Shown: positions 1-10,506, numbered from the stretch's first letter. The stretch: DNA of 64,000 nt from Bacillota bacterium (GCA_019422105.1 JAHZDZ010000001.1:3491-67490); one strand, 5' to 3'. Program-made: numbers and translations. Notes: a model not told the origin generated them from the sequence alone.

Positions 1-205
1 ACCATAAAATAAAGCTGGTATAAGAATTGCAAAACGCAAAAGTGAATAAGGTTAAATTCTTTGGGACTTTTTTCTAAGTCCCTGCAAGTCTTCACCTAAG
101 ACCTTAAAGAAAGCGTTTACGGCTTCTTAAAAAGTTAGTTCTCTACTCTTTTCGAAAAGTAAGTGAGCTTGGGCAAAACCCATATTTTAATCGTTATCTG
201 TATAT

Positions 206-236
206 AAAAAGGAGACGCAAAAAGCGTCTCCTTTTT
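206..236 (-). terminator. Rho-independent terminator-like hairpin downstream of punA (bidirectional shape)
   Basis: AAAAAGGAGACGC-AAAAA-GCGTCTCCTTTTT: GC-rich stem flanked by an A-run and a T-run, about 216 nt past the punA stop. Confidence 0.6.
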
Positions 237-453
237 ATATCGGAAAAATCAAAATTTCGGACGCTGCAAGCTCCGCACCTGCAGTCCCAAAAAGCTTGTC
301 AAAGCTTTGTTTTCCAATATTTCCTTGCTCTGCTTTAAAAAAACAGAATGGGCTTGAAAAAAGCCAGAGTAAAAATAGATTTATCTGCACCAACAAGGCA
401 TAAAGCTGCCTCTCTTTTTCATATCTGTTCTTAATCTGCCTCAAACTAATCGC

Positions 454-1278
454 TCATTTGCGATACTGTCTTTCCACCAGTGCCTCCACCAGTTTCATAA
501 ACACAGGCTTTACTCTCTCTCCTGTCTCCATGACCTCCTCATGACTCAAAGGCTCCCCTGTCACGCCGGATGCCATGTTTGTAATCAGCGATATCCCCAT
601 AACCTTCATGCCGCAGTGATCTGCGGTAATCACCTCCGGCACAGTTGACATGCCAACTGCATCCGCCCCCATGGTCCTCGCCATTTTGATTTCAGAGGGC
701 GTTTCAAAGCTCGGCCCTGAAAAAGCCATATAAACGCCTTTTTTCACCGCAATGCCAAGGGCCAAGGCTGTTTTTTCAATTTCTTCTCTTAGCTTCCTGT
801 CATAGGCATTGCTCATATCGGGAAAGCGGGGCCCAAAGGCATCCAAATTTTTTCCTCTCAATGGGTTAGCACCCATAAAATTAATATGATCCTCAATTAT
901 CATGAAATCGCCGCAGGAAAACTCACAGTTTACACCACCGGAAGCATTGGTGACAAGAAGCGTCTCAATGCCTATTTCTCTCATCACACGAATAGGAAAG
1001 GTAACCTCCTCCATGGAATAGCCCTCATAATAATGAAAACGTCCCTGCATACAAAGCACTTTTTCATTCACCGCAAACCTGCCCTTATGGCTTTGTACCG
1101 TAGAAACGGGAAAGTGAGGAATATCTTTATAATCAATGTACTGCGCTCCCTCCAGTAAATCTCCGTAATCTCCAAGCCCCGAACCAAGTATCACCGCCAT
1201 TTTGGGCCTAAAGGCACAGCTTTGTAATATAAATGCAGCCGCTTCCTTTATTTTGCTTATCAAATTTTCTTCATTCAT
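454..1278 (-). CDS. punA: Purine nucleoside phosphorylase (trimeric PNP/PunA type)
   Basis: 274-aa ORF with ILGSGLG, LLVTNASGGVN and GMSTVPE motifs typical of inosine/guanosine phosphorylases. Synteny with xerD and spoIIM matches Bacillus. Confidence 0.9.
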   Translation of the reverse strand: MNEENLISKIKEAAAFILQSCAFRPKMAVILGSGLGDYGDLLEGAQYIDYKDIPHFPVSTVQSHKGRFAVNEKVLCMQGRFHYYEGYSMEEVTFPIRVMREIGIETLLVTNASGGVNCEFSCGDFMIIEDHINFMGANPLRGKNLDAFGPRFPDMSNAYDRKLREEIEKTALALGIAVKKGVYMAFSGPSFETPSEIKMARTMGADAVGMSTVPEVITADHCGMKVMGISLITNMASGVTGEPLSHEEVMETGERVKPVFMKLVEALVERQYRK

Positions 1279-1418
1279 ATTTATCCCTCCTGCCTGTTCT
1301 CATTTTCTCATTATTGCCAAAACATATGCTCCATACACCGCATTTATTTTAGCGGAGATCAAAAAAACCGGTTTTTCAAGAATTTCTCTTCACCGGCTTT
1401 TTCTTTATCCCCAGTCAG

Positions 1419-2303
1419 CTAGGCCCGCGGATGAGCCTTTGCATAAACTTCTCTCAATTTGCTCTTATTGATTTTCGCATAAATTTGTGTTGTTGAAATA
1501 TCGGAATGACCCAGCATTTCCTGCACAGACTGTAAATCCGCACCGTTTTCTATCAGATGCACCGCAAAGGAGTGGCGCAGCATGTGAGGTGTGATATCCT
1601 CCTGAATCCCCGCCTTTTTCGCATAGGATTTAATAATCTTCCAAAAGCCCTGTCTTGTCATAGGCATACCATTGCAGTTGACAAAAAGCATTTCCTCCTT
1701 CGGCTCCCGTATCATGGCAAAGCGTACCTGGTTCATATAATCATCCAGCGCATCAACCGCTTTGGATCCCAGAGGAATAATCCGTGTTCTATCCTTGCCG
1801 CAGCATTTGATATATTCAAGCGAAAGGCTGATATCTGATGTTTTCAATGTTATAAGCTCCGTCACACGTATCCCTGTGGCATACAAAAGCTCCAGCATGG
1901 CCTTGTCCCTTATGCCCTTGGGATCTTTTCGGGAGGGCTGATCCAGCAGAAGCTCCACCTTATCAAGACTGAGTATTTCAGGGAATTTTTTTTCTACCTT
2001 CGGTACATCCAGACTCGCCGCGGGATTTTCCTCCACAATTCCCTTTTTGAGAAGAAACTGGAAATAAGCCCGCAAAGAGGCAATATTACGGGAGATGGTA
2101 GCAGCCGCTTTGTCACATTTTTGAAGGTTATAGATAAAAGACATCATGTTTGTTTTGTTTATCCTTGCTATTTTTGAAACGCCCGTAGTATCCATATAAT
2201 GATTAAAACACCGCAAATCCCTCTCATAAGATACAATCGTATTTTCCGATGCGTTCTTACTGTTTTTCAGGTAATCAGCAAAATCCGATATATACTCTTC
2301 CAT
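1419..2303 (-). CDS. xerD: Site-specific tyrosine recombinase XerD/XerC family
   Basis: 294 aa. N-terminal SAM-like core-binding region (NTIVSYERDLRCF). C-terminal HMLRHSFAVHLIENGADLQSVQEMLGHSDISTTQIYAKI carries the R-H-R-Y catalytic signature. Confidence 0.85.
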   Translation of the reverse strand: MEEYISDFADYLKNSKNASENTIVSYERDLRCFNHYMDTTGVSKIARINKTNMMSFIYNLQKCDKAAATISRNIASLRAYFQFLLKKGIVEENPAASLDVPKVEKKFPEILSLDKVELLLDQPSRKDPKGIRDKAMLELLYATGIRVTELITLKTSDISLSLEYIKCCGKDRTRIIPLGSKAVDALDDYMNQVRFAMIREPKEEMLFVNCNGMPMTRQGFWKIIKSYAKKAGIQEDITPHMLRHSFAVHLIENGADLQSVQEMLGHSDISTTQIYAKINKSKLREVYAKAHPRA

Positions 2304-2456
2304 AACTATGCCCCTTTAGTATTTTATAAAATCAATTATAAAATGTTTTGTAAGAAAAGTCGATATATTTCGGGAAAAAACACCTGTTTAGCACATAAAA
2401 CTGTCATATTTGTTTAAAAAAGCTCGCTTTTTTATATATCTCCCTCCACTTCCCCC

Positions 2457-3062
2457 CTAAACCGTAAGGAAAAACGGAATAACATACACCTCTACGGCGC
2501 TTGCCAAAGCTATCAATAATATGGCAGCAAGCAAAATAATGATATATTCCAGATTGACCTTCTGACTTTCCCTTTTCAGTCTTGCCTTCGGCGGGAGAGT
2601 CTTGTACTTTCTCAATATGTATTCCAACGCAAAATAGGCTATGCTGAGATAGACAGGAATCAGTATGATATTTTGCGGCAGATAGGAAACGGCGGCAAAG
2701 GAAATACCCGCTTTTCCGTATTGACGTACCAGTATAGCAGTTGTAAAGCCATAGGACGCCCCCTTAAAAAGCAGTATCAGTATCACAAATACAGCTCCCG
2801 GCGCAAAAAAAGCACAAAGCCACAGGAGTACAGCATATTTCCCGTATTTAACCATAACATCGGAAACAGAGGCGTTCTGTGTCAGGGAAGCATTTTTCAG
2901 CTCATTGATAAAGCCATTCAGATGCCCTCCCAGCTCGTTATATTGTATCTCATTCAAATGGTTCGCAAAAACTGCCCCCAGTATAATCCCAAACAACAAA
3001 GAAAGGCAAATAACCAGTAACACTATTTGCCTTCTGTTTTTCTCCGTATTCTTTTTTTTCAT
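2457..3062 (-). CDS. spoIIM: Stage II sporulation protein M (SpoIIM-like polytopic membrane protein)
   Basis: Basic N-terminus followed by about 5 TM helices. Its position between nudF and xerD matches Bacillus. The ORF track gives 2457..3098; I prefer the ATG at 3062, which follows AGGAGG (3069-3074). Confidence 0.65.
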   Translation of the reverse strand: MKKKNTEKNRRQIVLLVICLSLLFGIILGAVFANHLNEIQYNELGGHLNGFINELKNASLTQNASVSDVMVKYGKYAVLLWLCAFFAPGAVFVILILLFKGASYGFTTAILVRQYGKAGISFAAVSYLPQNIILIPVYLSIAYFALEYILRKYKTLPPKARLKRESQKVNLEYIIILLAAILLIALASAVEVYVIPFFLTV

Positions 3063-3142
3063 ATGCACCCTCCTAAGTAATTCTAAATACCAAGCCATTT
3101 ATAGAATTATATTCGGAGTTGTCCATAAAAATGATTGCCCTT

Positions 3143-3685
3143 TTATTTTTTCCTTTTCTCCAGTATCTCCTTGTAGGCCAGTATGCCCACCATTGTTTTG
3201 CTGTCTGTAATTCTGCCGTCAAAAACCATATGAATGGCCTCCTCCAGCGTACAGGTAAAAAGCTCTATAAACTCATCCGGATCAAAATGCTGCTGGCCGG
3301 GCACCAATTCCTCCGCCAAATAAATGAAAATTTCTTCTGTGCAAATGCCGACGGCTGAGTGCATGCTTGTAATGTATTTAAGACTTTCACATTTGAAGCC
3401 TATCTCCTCCTCAAGCTCCCTGTAGGCACAGTCCTTGGGATCTTCCCCCTCCTCCATCATACCGGCAGGTATCTCAATGGTAAAACCCTTTACAGGATGC
3501 CTGTACTGCTTGACCAATATTAAATTGCCCTGGCTATCCACAGGAATAATGGCTGCTGCGCCGCCGCCTCTCACCACATACTCTCTTGTGGCCACATTAC
3601 CGTTTGGCATCATCAGTTTATCACTGTACACCTCCATAATTTTGCCGTCATATTTTAATTCACTGTCCAGTACCTCATAGCTCAT
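3143..3685 (-). CDS. nudF: ADP-ribose pyrophosphatase (Nudix hydrolase)
   Basis: Nudix box GMMEEGEDPKDCAYRELEEEIGF. The ORF track starts at 3706; the ATG at 3685 follows AGGAGG. Confidence 0.8.
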   Translation of the reverse strand: MSYEVLDSELKYDGKIMEVYSDKLMMPNGNVATREYVVRGGGAAAIIPVDSQGNLILVKQYRHPVKGFTIEIPAGMMEEGEDPKDCAYRELEEEIGFKCESLKYITSMHSAVGICTEEIFIYLAEELVPGQQHFDPDEFIELFTCTLEEAIHMVFDGRITDSKTMVGILAYKEILEKRKK

Positions 3686-3781
3686 AAATAAAACCTCCTG
3701 CTGCATGTCAATATTTTCTTTGTCTCTTCAAATTCCATATATCACGAAAGCGTGAAATAATAGTATTCCACGCTTTCTGAT

Positions 3782-4978
3782 TTAACACAGCTTTTTTACA
3801 AACGCTTCTATTCTGTCCATTCCTTTTTTGATATTTTCCATACTGGTCGCATAGGAAAGCCTTACATAATCCGGCATGCCGAAATCAGCACAAGGCACAA
3901 TGGCCACCAGTTCCTTTTCCAATAACAAAGATGCAAATTCCGCAGCGGTCTGTATTTTCGTCCCGTCATAGGTCCTTCCAAAAAGTCCCGAAACGTCCAC
4001 AAACAGGTAAAAAGCGCCTTCCGGCTTTAATGCCGTTATATAGGGTATAGCCTCTTCCCGTTCAAATATATAATCTCTCCGCTCACCAAAAGCCTTCCGC
4101 ATTTCCTCCACACACTCCTGTGGGCCTGTCAATGCGCTGAGAGTTGCCTTTTGGGCAATCGTATTCGGATTTGAGGTCATATGGGACTGCAAAGACGCCA
4201 TTCTTTTTGCCAGCACAGCGTCACAGGCACAATAGCCAATTCTCCAGCCTGTCATGGCATAGCTTTTGGATACGCCGTTAATCACAATCGTTCTTTTATA
4301 TATTTCTTCATTTATGGAAGCAATGCTGATATGTTTCTTGCCCTCATCATAGATGAGATGCTCATAAATTTCATCTGAGATAACAAAAATATCATGGGTA
4401 ATCGCAAAATTCGCAATCATCTCCATTTTTTCCATTGGATACATCATTCCGGTGGGATTACTTGGGCTTGTCAGAACAATTGCTTTCGTCCTTTCGGTGT
4501 AAGCTGCCGCCAGCTCCTCTTTTGTCAGCATAAAGCCGTTTTCCTTTTTTGTATTGACAATAACCGGCACGCCGCCGGCTATTTTCACCATCTCTGAGTA
4601 ACTGAGCCAATAGGGCGCAGGTATGATAACCTCATCGCCGTCGTTGAGAAGAACCATAAAACTGTTCATAAGGGAATGCTTTGCACCGTTGCTGATAACA
4701 ATCTGTGTAAAATCATAGGTAAGGCCGTTTTCTTTTTTCAGTTTTTCACTCACAGCCTTCCGAAGCTCCACCGTTCCGGCAGCTGCCGTATATCTTGTAA
4801 ATCCATTTTCAATGGCCTCTATACCAGCCTGCTTGATATGAGCCGGCGTTTCAAAATCAGGTTCTCCTGCGCCAAAGCCTACAACATCAAATCCCTTTGC
4901 CTTTAATTCAGCTGCCTTTGCTGTGATTTCCAACGTGGAGGAAGGCTTAATGGCAGCCGCCTTTTTAGAAAGTTCCAT
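3782..4978 (-). CDS. Class I PLP-dependent aminotransferase (aspartate aminotransferase-like)
   Basis: 398 aa with the SKSYAMTGWRIGY lysine motif, plus GEPDF and SPSNPTG motifs. Confidence 0.85.
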   Translation of the reverse strand: MELSKKAAAIKPSSTLEITAKAAELKAKGFDVVGFGAGEPDFETPAHIKQAGIEAIENGFTRYTAAAGTVELRKAVSEKLKKENGLTYDFTQIVISNGAKHSLMNSFMVLLNDGDEVIIPAPYWLSYSEMVKIAGGVPVIVNTKKENGFMLTKEELAAAYTERTKAIVLTSPSNPTGMMYPMEKMEMIANFAITHDIFVISDEIYEHLIYDEGKKHISIASINEEIYKRTIVINGVSKSYAMTGWRIGYCACDAVLAKRMASLQSHMTSNPNTIAQKATLSALTGPQECVEEMRKAFGERRDYIFEREEAIPYITALKPEGAFYLFVDVSGLFGRTYDGTKIQTAAEFASLLLEKELVAIVPCADFGMPDYVRLSYATSMENIKKGMDRIEAFVKKLC

Positions 4979-5209
4979 AAATTCACCTCATCAAAATAAA
5001 ACAATACAAAAATCAGTTTTTCACTTTACGACTCATTTTATAACAATTAAGTTCATTTTGCAATAAAATGACAATAAATAAACTCTGCTGATTTATACTG
5101 TAAAAAATACAATGAATTTATACAAATTATATAAGCGCCTGCAATCCACACTTCCACCGCGCCCTCCTTCACTGTCAAGACTATACGTAAATTTACAAGC
5201 AAATTTACT

Positions 5210-5330
5210 CATAACCGACGGCATCTTTCGATGCCTTGTTATTCAGTGGGGGCATGTATCCCCCACTGAATAACATTAGTAAGTACCCCCCGCCTATAAA
5301 GGCGGGGGACTTTCTAATGTCGGTTAAATT
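5210..5330 (-). repeat. Structured repeat element, copy 1 (outer stem AACCGAC/GTCGGTT enclosing three hairpins)
   Basis: Outer stem 5213-5219 pairs with 5319-5325. Hairpins: GGCATC-TTTC-GATGCC (5220-5235), a 14-bp stem (5239-5252 / 5260-5273) and CCCCCGCC-TATAAA-GGCGGGGG (5286-5308). Homologous to 43071..43280 and partly to 30091..30190. Starts 2 nt after the dipeptidase stop codon. Confidence 0.75.
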
Positions 5331-5331
5331 G

Positions 5332-6258
5332 CTATCCCATAACCTCCCGCATCACTCTCAAAAAATTTCCCTCTTCCAATAAATATGCTGTACGGCTTCC
5401 AAACTCCTCCCGTACCTTATTAATCACCTTCTGCACCTGTGTAATATCACAGATACCTTGCGGCGTGACATCAATGCCGTCAAAATCACACCCAAGCCCT
5501 ATGCACTCTTCCCCCGCCAAGGCTATGATATGTCTGATATGCTTCATTACATCCTCCACATCAGCCCTGCCGCCAACAGACAAGAACGGCGGATACATAT
5601 TGATGCCAATGACGCCGCCTCTTTGCGCTATAATTTCTATCTGCCTGTCCGTCAGATTTCTCTCCGTATCACATAGGGCACGGCAATTGGAATGACTGGC
5701 AATAAAAGGCTTTTGCGTATATTTGACGACATCCAGGAATCCCGCATCACTCAGATGTGATACATCCACAAGCATCCCAAGCTGTTCCATTTTTTTGACA
5801 GTCTCTCTTCCAAAGCGCGTTAAACCGCCGCAGGTCTGCCCCTCCCCCGCGCCGTCAGCCAATTCATTGCGGTAGTTCCAGGTAAGGGTCAGCGCCCTTA
5901 CCCCTATCTTATAGTAAACCTCAAGCATGTCCAGACTCCCCTCCAGAGCTTCGCCGCCTTCCAGTGCCAGAAGGGCACTGATCCTCCCATTTTTTTTGTT
6001 CTTGTCTATATCCTGTATACAGTAAGCCGGAGCAATCCATTTTTTGTTCTTTTCCAATTCTTTTTCATAAAAAAGGATATATTCCATGGTTTTTCTCACC
6101 GCATGGCCATAATCCGTTTTTTTCAACCACAGAGCAAATAACTGCACCGGTGTTTTATATTGCATTAGTCTTTTTATATCAATGTGCCCGCTGTTTTCAT
6201 ACAGGTTTTCCCCCTTCTCATAAATTGCCGTTATGGTATCGCAATGGCAGTCAAGCAT
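5332..6258 (-). CDS. Membrane dipeptidase family (peptidase M19)
   Basis: MLDCHCDTI start, with DVSHLSD and ASHSNCRAL motifs of renal-dipeptidase-like enzymes. The ORF track extends to 6324; the ATG at 6258 has a GAGGA RBS. Confidence 0.8.
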   Translation of the reverse strand: MLDCHCDTITAIYEKGENLYENSGHIDIKRLMQYKTPVQLFALWLKKTDYGHAVRKTMEYILFYEKELEKNKKWIAPAYCIQDIDKNKKNGRISALLALEGGEALEGSLDMLEVYYKIGVRALTLTWNYRNELADGAGEGQTCGGLTRFGRETVKKMEQLGMLVDVSHLSDAGFLDVVKYTQKPFIASHSNCRALCDTERNLTDRQIEIIAQRGGVIGINMYPPFLSVGGRADVEDVMKHIRHIIALAGEECIGLGCDFDGIDVTPQGICDITQVQKVINKVREEFGSRTAYLLEEGNFLRVMREVMG

Positions 6259-6884
6259 TTCCTCAGCTCCTCTTTTCCTTTTATAAGAATTCCTATAACA
6301 TAAAACCTGTAGTTTCTTAAACAAAGTGCTTTTGAGGCATTGCCTCCAAACCTCTGCAATGGTTTGAACCTTGATACAAAGGGAAAATTTAATTTTCCGC
6401 GGAAGAAACCGATATATCTGAAAAATCAGACTGATGCATGGTCAGCACTTTTCTTTGCAAAACTGACGCTGCGGCTTTTGTTTCCTCTCCTACTTACACA
6501 TTCCATATGTTTGGCGTTTTCGCCGAAACCGCTACAAAATCCTTGGGCTGCGCTCTGGAAGGTTCCTCCTGTCGCTCATGCCTGCGGCGTCCGACTCTTT
6601 TCTGCCTGCTTCAAACTTTCCGCTGCCAGAGGCTAAGAGCCTTACACAAGCAACAGCAGGGAAGACACCCTCCGGGCTTTGCCCATTTTCCGTCTTTGAA
6701 TAACACCCCGTTCTTTTGGTACTTTTCTTGGAGAAAAGTACATAGATTTTCTCCTTAAATTAAGTCATAAAAATATCCGTTTAAAAATCTCTCCCTTTTT
6801 AAGCAAACATAGCCTTCTACCTTACCAAAATATGTGCCTCCGCACTGAAAAATCACTCAGCACAAGCTTTTCTCTCTCTTAAAT

Positions 6885-6916
6885 ATAAAAAACCGGCAGC
6901 TTATTAAGCTGCCGGT
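6885..6916 (-). terminator. Rho-independent terminator of rny
   Basis: Minus strand reads ACCGGCAGC-TTAATAA-GCTGCCGGT followed by TTTTTTAT, about 20 nt past the rny stop. Confidence 0.8.
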
Positions 6917-6937
6917 CTGTTTCCATTCATCCAATTT

Positions 6938-8500
6938 CTATTTTGCATATTCAATTGCTCTGGTTTCACGAATCAGATTGACTTTAATTTGTCCCGGATA
7001 TTCCAGTTCATCTTCAATCTTCTTAGCAATATCTCTTGCCAGAAGGGTCATACCCTCATCCGTGACATCCTCAGGCATAATGATAATCCGCAATTCACGG
7101 CCTGCCTGAATTGCAAATGATTTTTCAACACCTTTAAAGTTGTCCGCAATTTCTTCCAGCTTCTGCAGCCTCTTGATATATGATTCCAGGGTTTCTCTTC
7201 TGGCACCCGGCCTCGCCGCAGAAATTGCGTCGGCAGCCTGTACCAAAACTGCAATGATGGATTGCGGGTCAACATCGCCGTGATGTGCCTCTACGGCATT
7301 AATGACGATGCTTGATTCCTTATATTTTTTACACAGGCCCACTCCGATGCTGGCATGAGAGCCCTCCATTTCGTGGTCAACACTCTTGCCAATATCATGC
7401 AAAAGACCTGCCCTTTTGGCAATATTAACGTCAACGCCAAGCTCTGCCGCCATAAGACCTGTCAAATGGGCAACCTCAATGGAATGCTTCAATACGTTCT
7501 GACCATAGCTGGTTCTGTATTTCAGCTTTCCTAAAAGCCTTACAAGCTCTGGATGGAGTCCGTTTACACCTGTTTCAAAGGTAGCAGCCTCGCCCTCATC
7601 CCGAATGATGACTTCCACTTCTTTTTTCGCTTTCTCAACCATTTCCTCTATTCTGGATGGATGTACACGCCCATCTACAATGAGCTTTTCCAAAGCCAGC
7701 CTTGCGACTTCCCTTCTGATGGGGTCAAAACCGGATAATATAACCGCTTCCGGTGTGTCATCAATTATCAGATCGATTCCTGTCAGGGTTTCAAGGGCTC
7801 TGATATTGCGGCCTTCTCTTCCTATGATACGGCCCTTCATTTCGTCATTTGGAAGCTGCACCACGGATACCGTCGTTTCTGCCACATGGTCAACGGCACA
7901 TTTCTGAATTGCGTTAGCCACAATATCCTTCGCGCGCCTCTCCGCCTCCATCTTTGCCTTTGACTCAATATCCTTTATCATAATGGTCGCTTCATGCTTT
8001 ACTTCGTTTTCCACTGTGGCAAGAATATAATTCTTTGCCTCCTCGCTGGTCAATCCGGAAATGCGCTCAAGCTCCAATACCTCCTGAGTGTGAAGCTTCT
8101 CCACCTCTTCCTTCTGTTTTTCCAGCTCCTCCATCTTCTTTTGCAGCTGCTCCTCTTTCTTTTCGTAAGCGTCTGCTTTCCTGTCCAGAGACTCCTCTTT
8201 CTGAATCAGTCTTCTCTCATTTCTTTGAAGCTCATTTCTTCTCTCTCTTACTTCCCGTTCCAACTCATTTTTGGTTTTTAAACTTTCTTCTTTCGCCTCC
8301 AGAAGGATTTCCTTCTTTTTTGCCTCTGCATCTTTTTTTGCATCTTCAACTATTTTCTCAGCTCTTTGTTCCGCAACGCCGATTTTGCTCTCGGCAATCC
8401 GTTTTCTATAGTTAAAGCCTATCAATGCTCCAAGAAGCAAGCCTATTATTGTGCCCAATGCAATTGTTAAATAGTCTATCAAAAACACCTCCCATAACAT
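6938..8500 (-). CDS. rny: Ribonuclease Y
   Basis: N-terminal TM helix, long Glu/Lys coiled coil, KH domain ([11 protein letters not shown]) and HD domain (LLHDIGK). The ORF track starts at 8548; the ATG at 8500 or the TTG at 8482 after GGGAGG is more likely. Confidence 0.92.
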   Translation of the reverse strand: MLWEVFLIDYLTIALGTIIGLLLGALIGFNYRKRIAESKIGVAEQRAEKIVEDAKKDAEAKKKEILLEAKEESLKTKNELEREVRERRNELQRNERRLIQKEESLDRKADAYEKKEEQLQKKMEELEKQKEEVEKLHTQEVLELERISGLTSEEAKNYILATVENEVKHEATIMIKDIESKAKMEAERRAKDIVANAIQKCAVDHVAETTVSVVQLPNDEMKGRIIGREGRNIRALETLTGIDLIIDDTPEAVILSGFDPIRREVARLALEKLIVDGRVHPSRIEEMVEKAKKEVEVIIRDEGEAATFETGVNGLHPELVRLLGKLKYRTSYGQNVLKHSIEVAHLTGLMAAELGVDVNIAKRAGLLHDIGKSVDHEMEGSHASIGVGLCKKYKESSIVINAVEAHHGDVDPQSIIAVLVQAADAISAARPGARRETLESYIKRLQKLEEIADNFKGVEKSFAIQAGRELRIIIMPEDVTDEGMTLLARDIAKKIEDELEYPGQIKVNLIRETRAIEYAK

Positions 8501-9044
8501 TTTTTTAATTTTCAAAGTCCCCTTAAAATCGTTGATAAACTGGCGCAAAATACACCTTTTTAATTGTATATCTTTTTTATTATGATGTCAAGAAGGATTT
8601 GCCTGAGACAAAACTGTCAATGGTTTGCCAAATTTCTCACCCGAAAATTGTTCAAAACAACCATGTTAAATGGATATTGGGGCAGTCAGACACTTTATTG
8701 TACCGCCTGCAATTTCTCATAAAAAAACTGCATTTTGAGATTGAAATAAAGCGTCAAAATCAATTTGCCTTCTATAAAGTAACACTTAAAATACCCCAAT
8801 AAAATGCCTGAAAAGTTCTTTTCGCTGTTCCACAAAAACAGCTGAAAAAAATTGATATTTTTCTGCAGCATTTTCCCTCAATATTTTTGGCGCTATTTCC
8901 TTTGAAGCCTGGCAAACCCTATTACATAAAAGGTTAGGCAGATCCTCCTGACAAACGGGCAAAATAAAAAGCAAACCTCCATACCTATTAACGGCACAAA
9001 AGGGCAGGAAAATCCGAATTATCAGCTTTTACCCGCCCTTACTA

Positions 9045-10484
9045 TTACCGTACTTCCGTTTTTTTCTCGCCTCGGGCCATTTTTCCTTCTACCTCAAAAT
9101 AGCCATAGGTCACCGTCTGAATTTCTTCTAATTCAATTATCTTACCGTATTTTTTCTCCAAGTCCCTCTGATATTCTCCGTTCTTTCCCGCAAAAGCGCT
9201 GAGAAACCTCTTATCCGCCCGCACAACAGCACAGCTGAATATCGTCTGTACAAATATATTTTCTACCTGCCTTCGGATATTCCCCACAACAAAGGAAAGA
9301 TTGGGAACTCTGCCGCTTCCCTGGCAGCATTTGCATTCTCCCGTCATCTGGTACAGTAAAGAAGGTCTGGTTTTTTTTCTGGTCAGCTGCATAAGTCCCA
9401 GCTCAGTCATACCAACAACCGTTGTTTTGATCCTGTCTTTTTTGACCGCCGCCTCCAAAAATCCAGCAAGCTCTCTTTTATCCTCTTCCTGCTTCATGTC
9501 AATAAAGTCAATAATAATGATACCGGAAAGATTTCTAAGGCGAAGCTGCCTGGCAATTTCCTCCGCCGCCTCCAGATTGGTCTTTAAAAAGGTTTCCCGC
9601 AGCTCTTTTTTCCCTGTATATTTTCCCGTATTTACATCAATGACAACACAGGCCTCCGTCTGCTCTATCATAAGAAAACCGCCGCTTTTCAGCCATATTT
9701 TACGGTGAAAGGCTTTTTCCGCCTGACTTTCCACAAAATAATTCTGAAACAGAGGTATGTTATCCTCATAAAAGCTGATTTTTTCCTTCTCAATACCATA
9801 AAGATCCGCCGCACGCAAAAGCATTTCCCAGTCCTCCCTGCTGTTTAGGACAATGCTTTCCACATCCTTCGTATAAAGCTCACGGGCTGCCTTTAAAACA
9901 GAGGAATCATCCTTATATAATACGGCAGGCGCCTTCACAAAGCGGGATTCCCTATCAACCCTCTCAGCCCTTTGAACCAGAGCAGAAATTTCCTTTTCAT
10001 ACTCTTCCTCTGTTTTGTCTGCGCCCTCCGTTCTGACAATCACGCTGTACCCTGCCGGTACCAGCTTTGCAATAATATCCCGTATCCGATCCCGTTTCTT
10101 GATATCCGTAATTTTTTTGGAAACCCCCGGCTGCCTCGCGTCGCCGGGAATCAAAACGATAAATTTTCCCGGAAAGGATACCTTCCGCGTTACAACCGGT
10201 CCCTTCGAACCGAAAGCATCCTTCTCCGCCTGTACCAGTATTTCATCTCCCGCCTTCGGGCGTACTTCCTCCTCTTCAAAATAGAGATACGCCTTTTTTG
10301 CCTCTCCGATTTCCACAAAGGCGGCATTCATTCCCCTCAAAACATTTTCCACTCTGCCGCAGTAGATATTTCCCACAATGCTTTCCGCATCCTTATTGTC
10401 ATAAATCAGCTCAATCAGTTCTCCATCCTCCATTAGCGCTACACGCGTCTGGTGAACAGAGGAATCTATCAGTATTCTTTTCAT
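9045..10484 (-). CDS. rng: Ribonuclease G/E family (Rng/CafA-like)
   Basis: S1 domain GNIYCGRVENVLRGMNAAFVEIG, then a DNase-I-like catalytic core (VIDVNTGK). The ATG at 10484 follows GGAG; the ORF track starts at 10499. Confidence 0.85.
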   Translation of the reverse strand: MKRILIDSSVHQTRVALMEDGELIELIYDNKDAESIVGNIYCGRVENVLRGMNAAFVEIGEAKKAYLYFEEEEVRPKAGDEILVQAEKDAFGSKGPVVTRKVSFPGKFIVLIPGDARQPGVSKKITDIKKRDRIRDIIAKLVPAGYSVIVRTEGADKTEEEYEKEISALVQRAERVDRESRFVKAPAVLYKDDSSVLKAARELYTKDVESIVLNSREDWEMLLRAADLYGIEKEKISFYEDNIPLFQNYFVESQAEKAFHRKIWLKSGGFLMIEQTEACVVIDVNTGKYTGKKELRETFLKTNLEAAEEIARQLRLRNLSGIIIIDFIDMKQEEDKRELAGFLEAAVKKDRIKTTVVGMTELGLMQLTRKKTRPSLLYQMTGECKCCQGSGRVPNLSFVVGNIRRQVENIFVQTIFSCAVVRADKRFLSAFAGKNGEYQRDLEKKYGKIIELEEIQTVTYGYFEVEGKMARGEKKTEVR

Positions 10485-10506
10485 AATCTGACGCTCCAAA
10501 TTTCTT

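Noticed and set aside
5210-5330. tRNA-like cloverleaf reading of the repeat element (7-bp closing stem plus three hairpins)
   Set aside because: The arm dimensions are wrong for a tRNA: a 4-nt D-loop and a 14-bp middle arm. There is no T-loop GTTCRANYC and no CCA or discriminator context. Copy 2 carries a 90-nt insertion.
6340-6758. 98-aa and 106-aa ORFs in the rny-dipeptidase gap, and similar ORFs at 13241..13498, 16733..17066, 41508..41933 and 29866..30147
   Set aside because: They have no ribosome-binding sites and overlap one another in different frames. Their composition is Cys/Arg/Phe/Leu-rich, and they coincide with degenerate repeat sequence. I treat them as non-coding.
8786-8974. 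62-aa minus-strand ORF between rng and rny
   Set aside because: It has no RBS, sits in the AT-rich promoter region of rny and has no recognisable motif.
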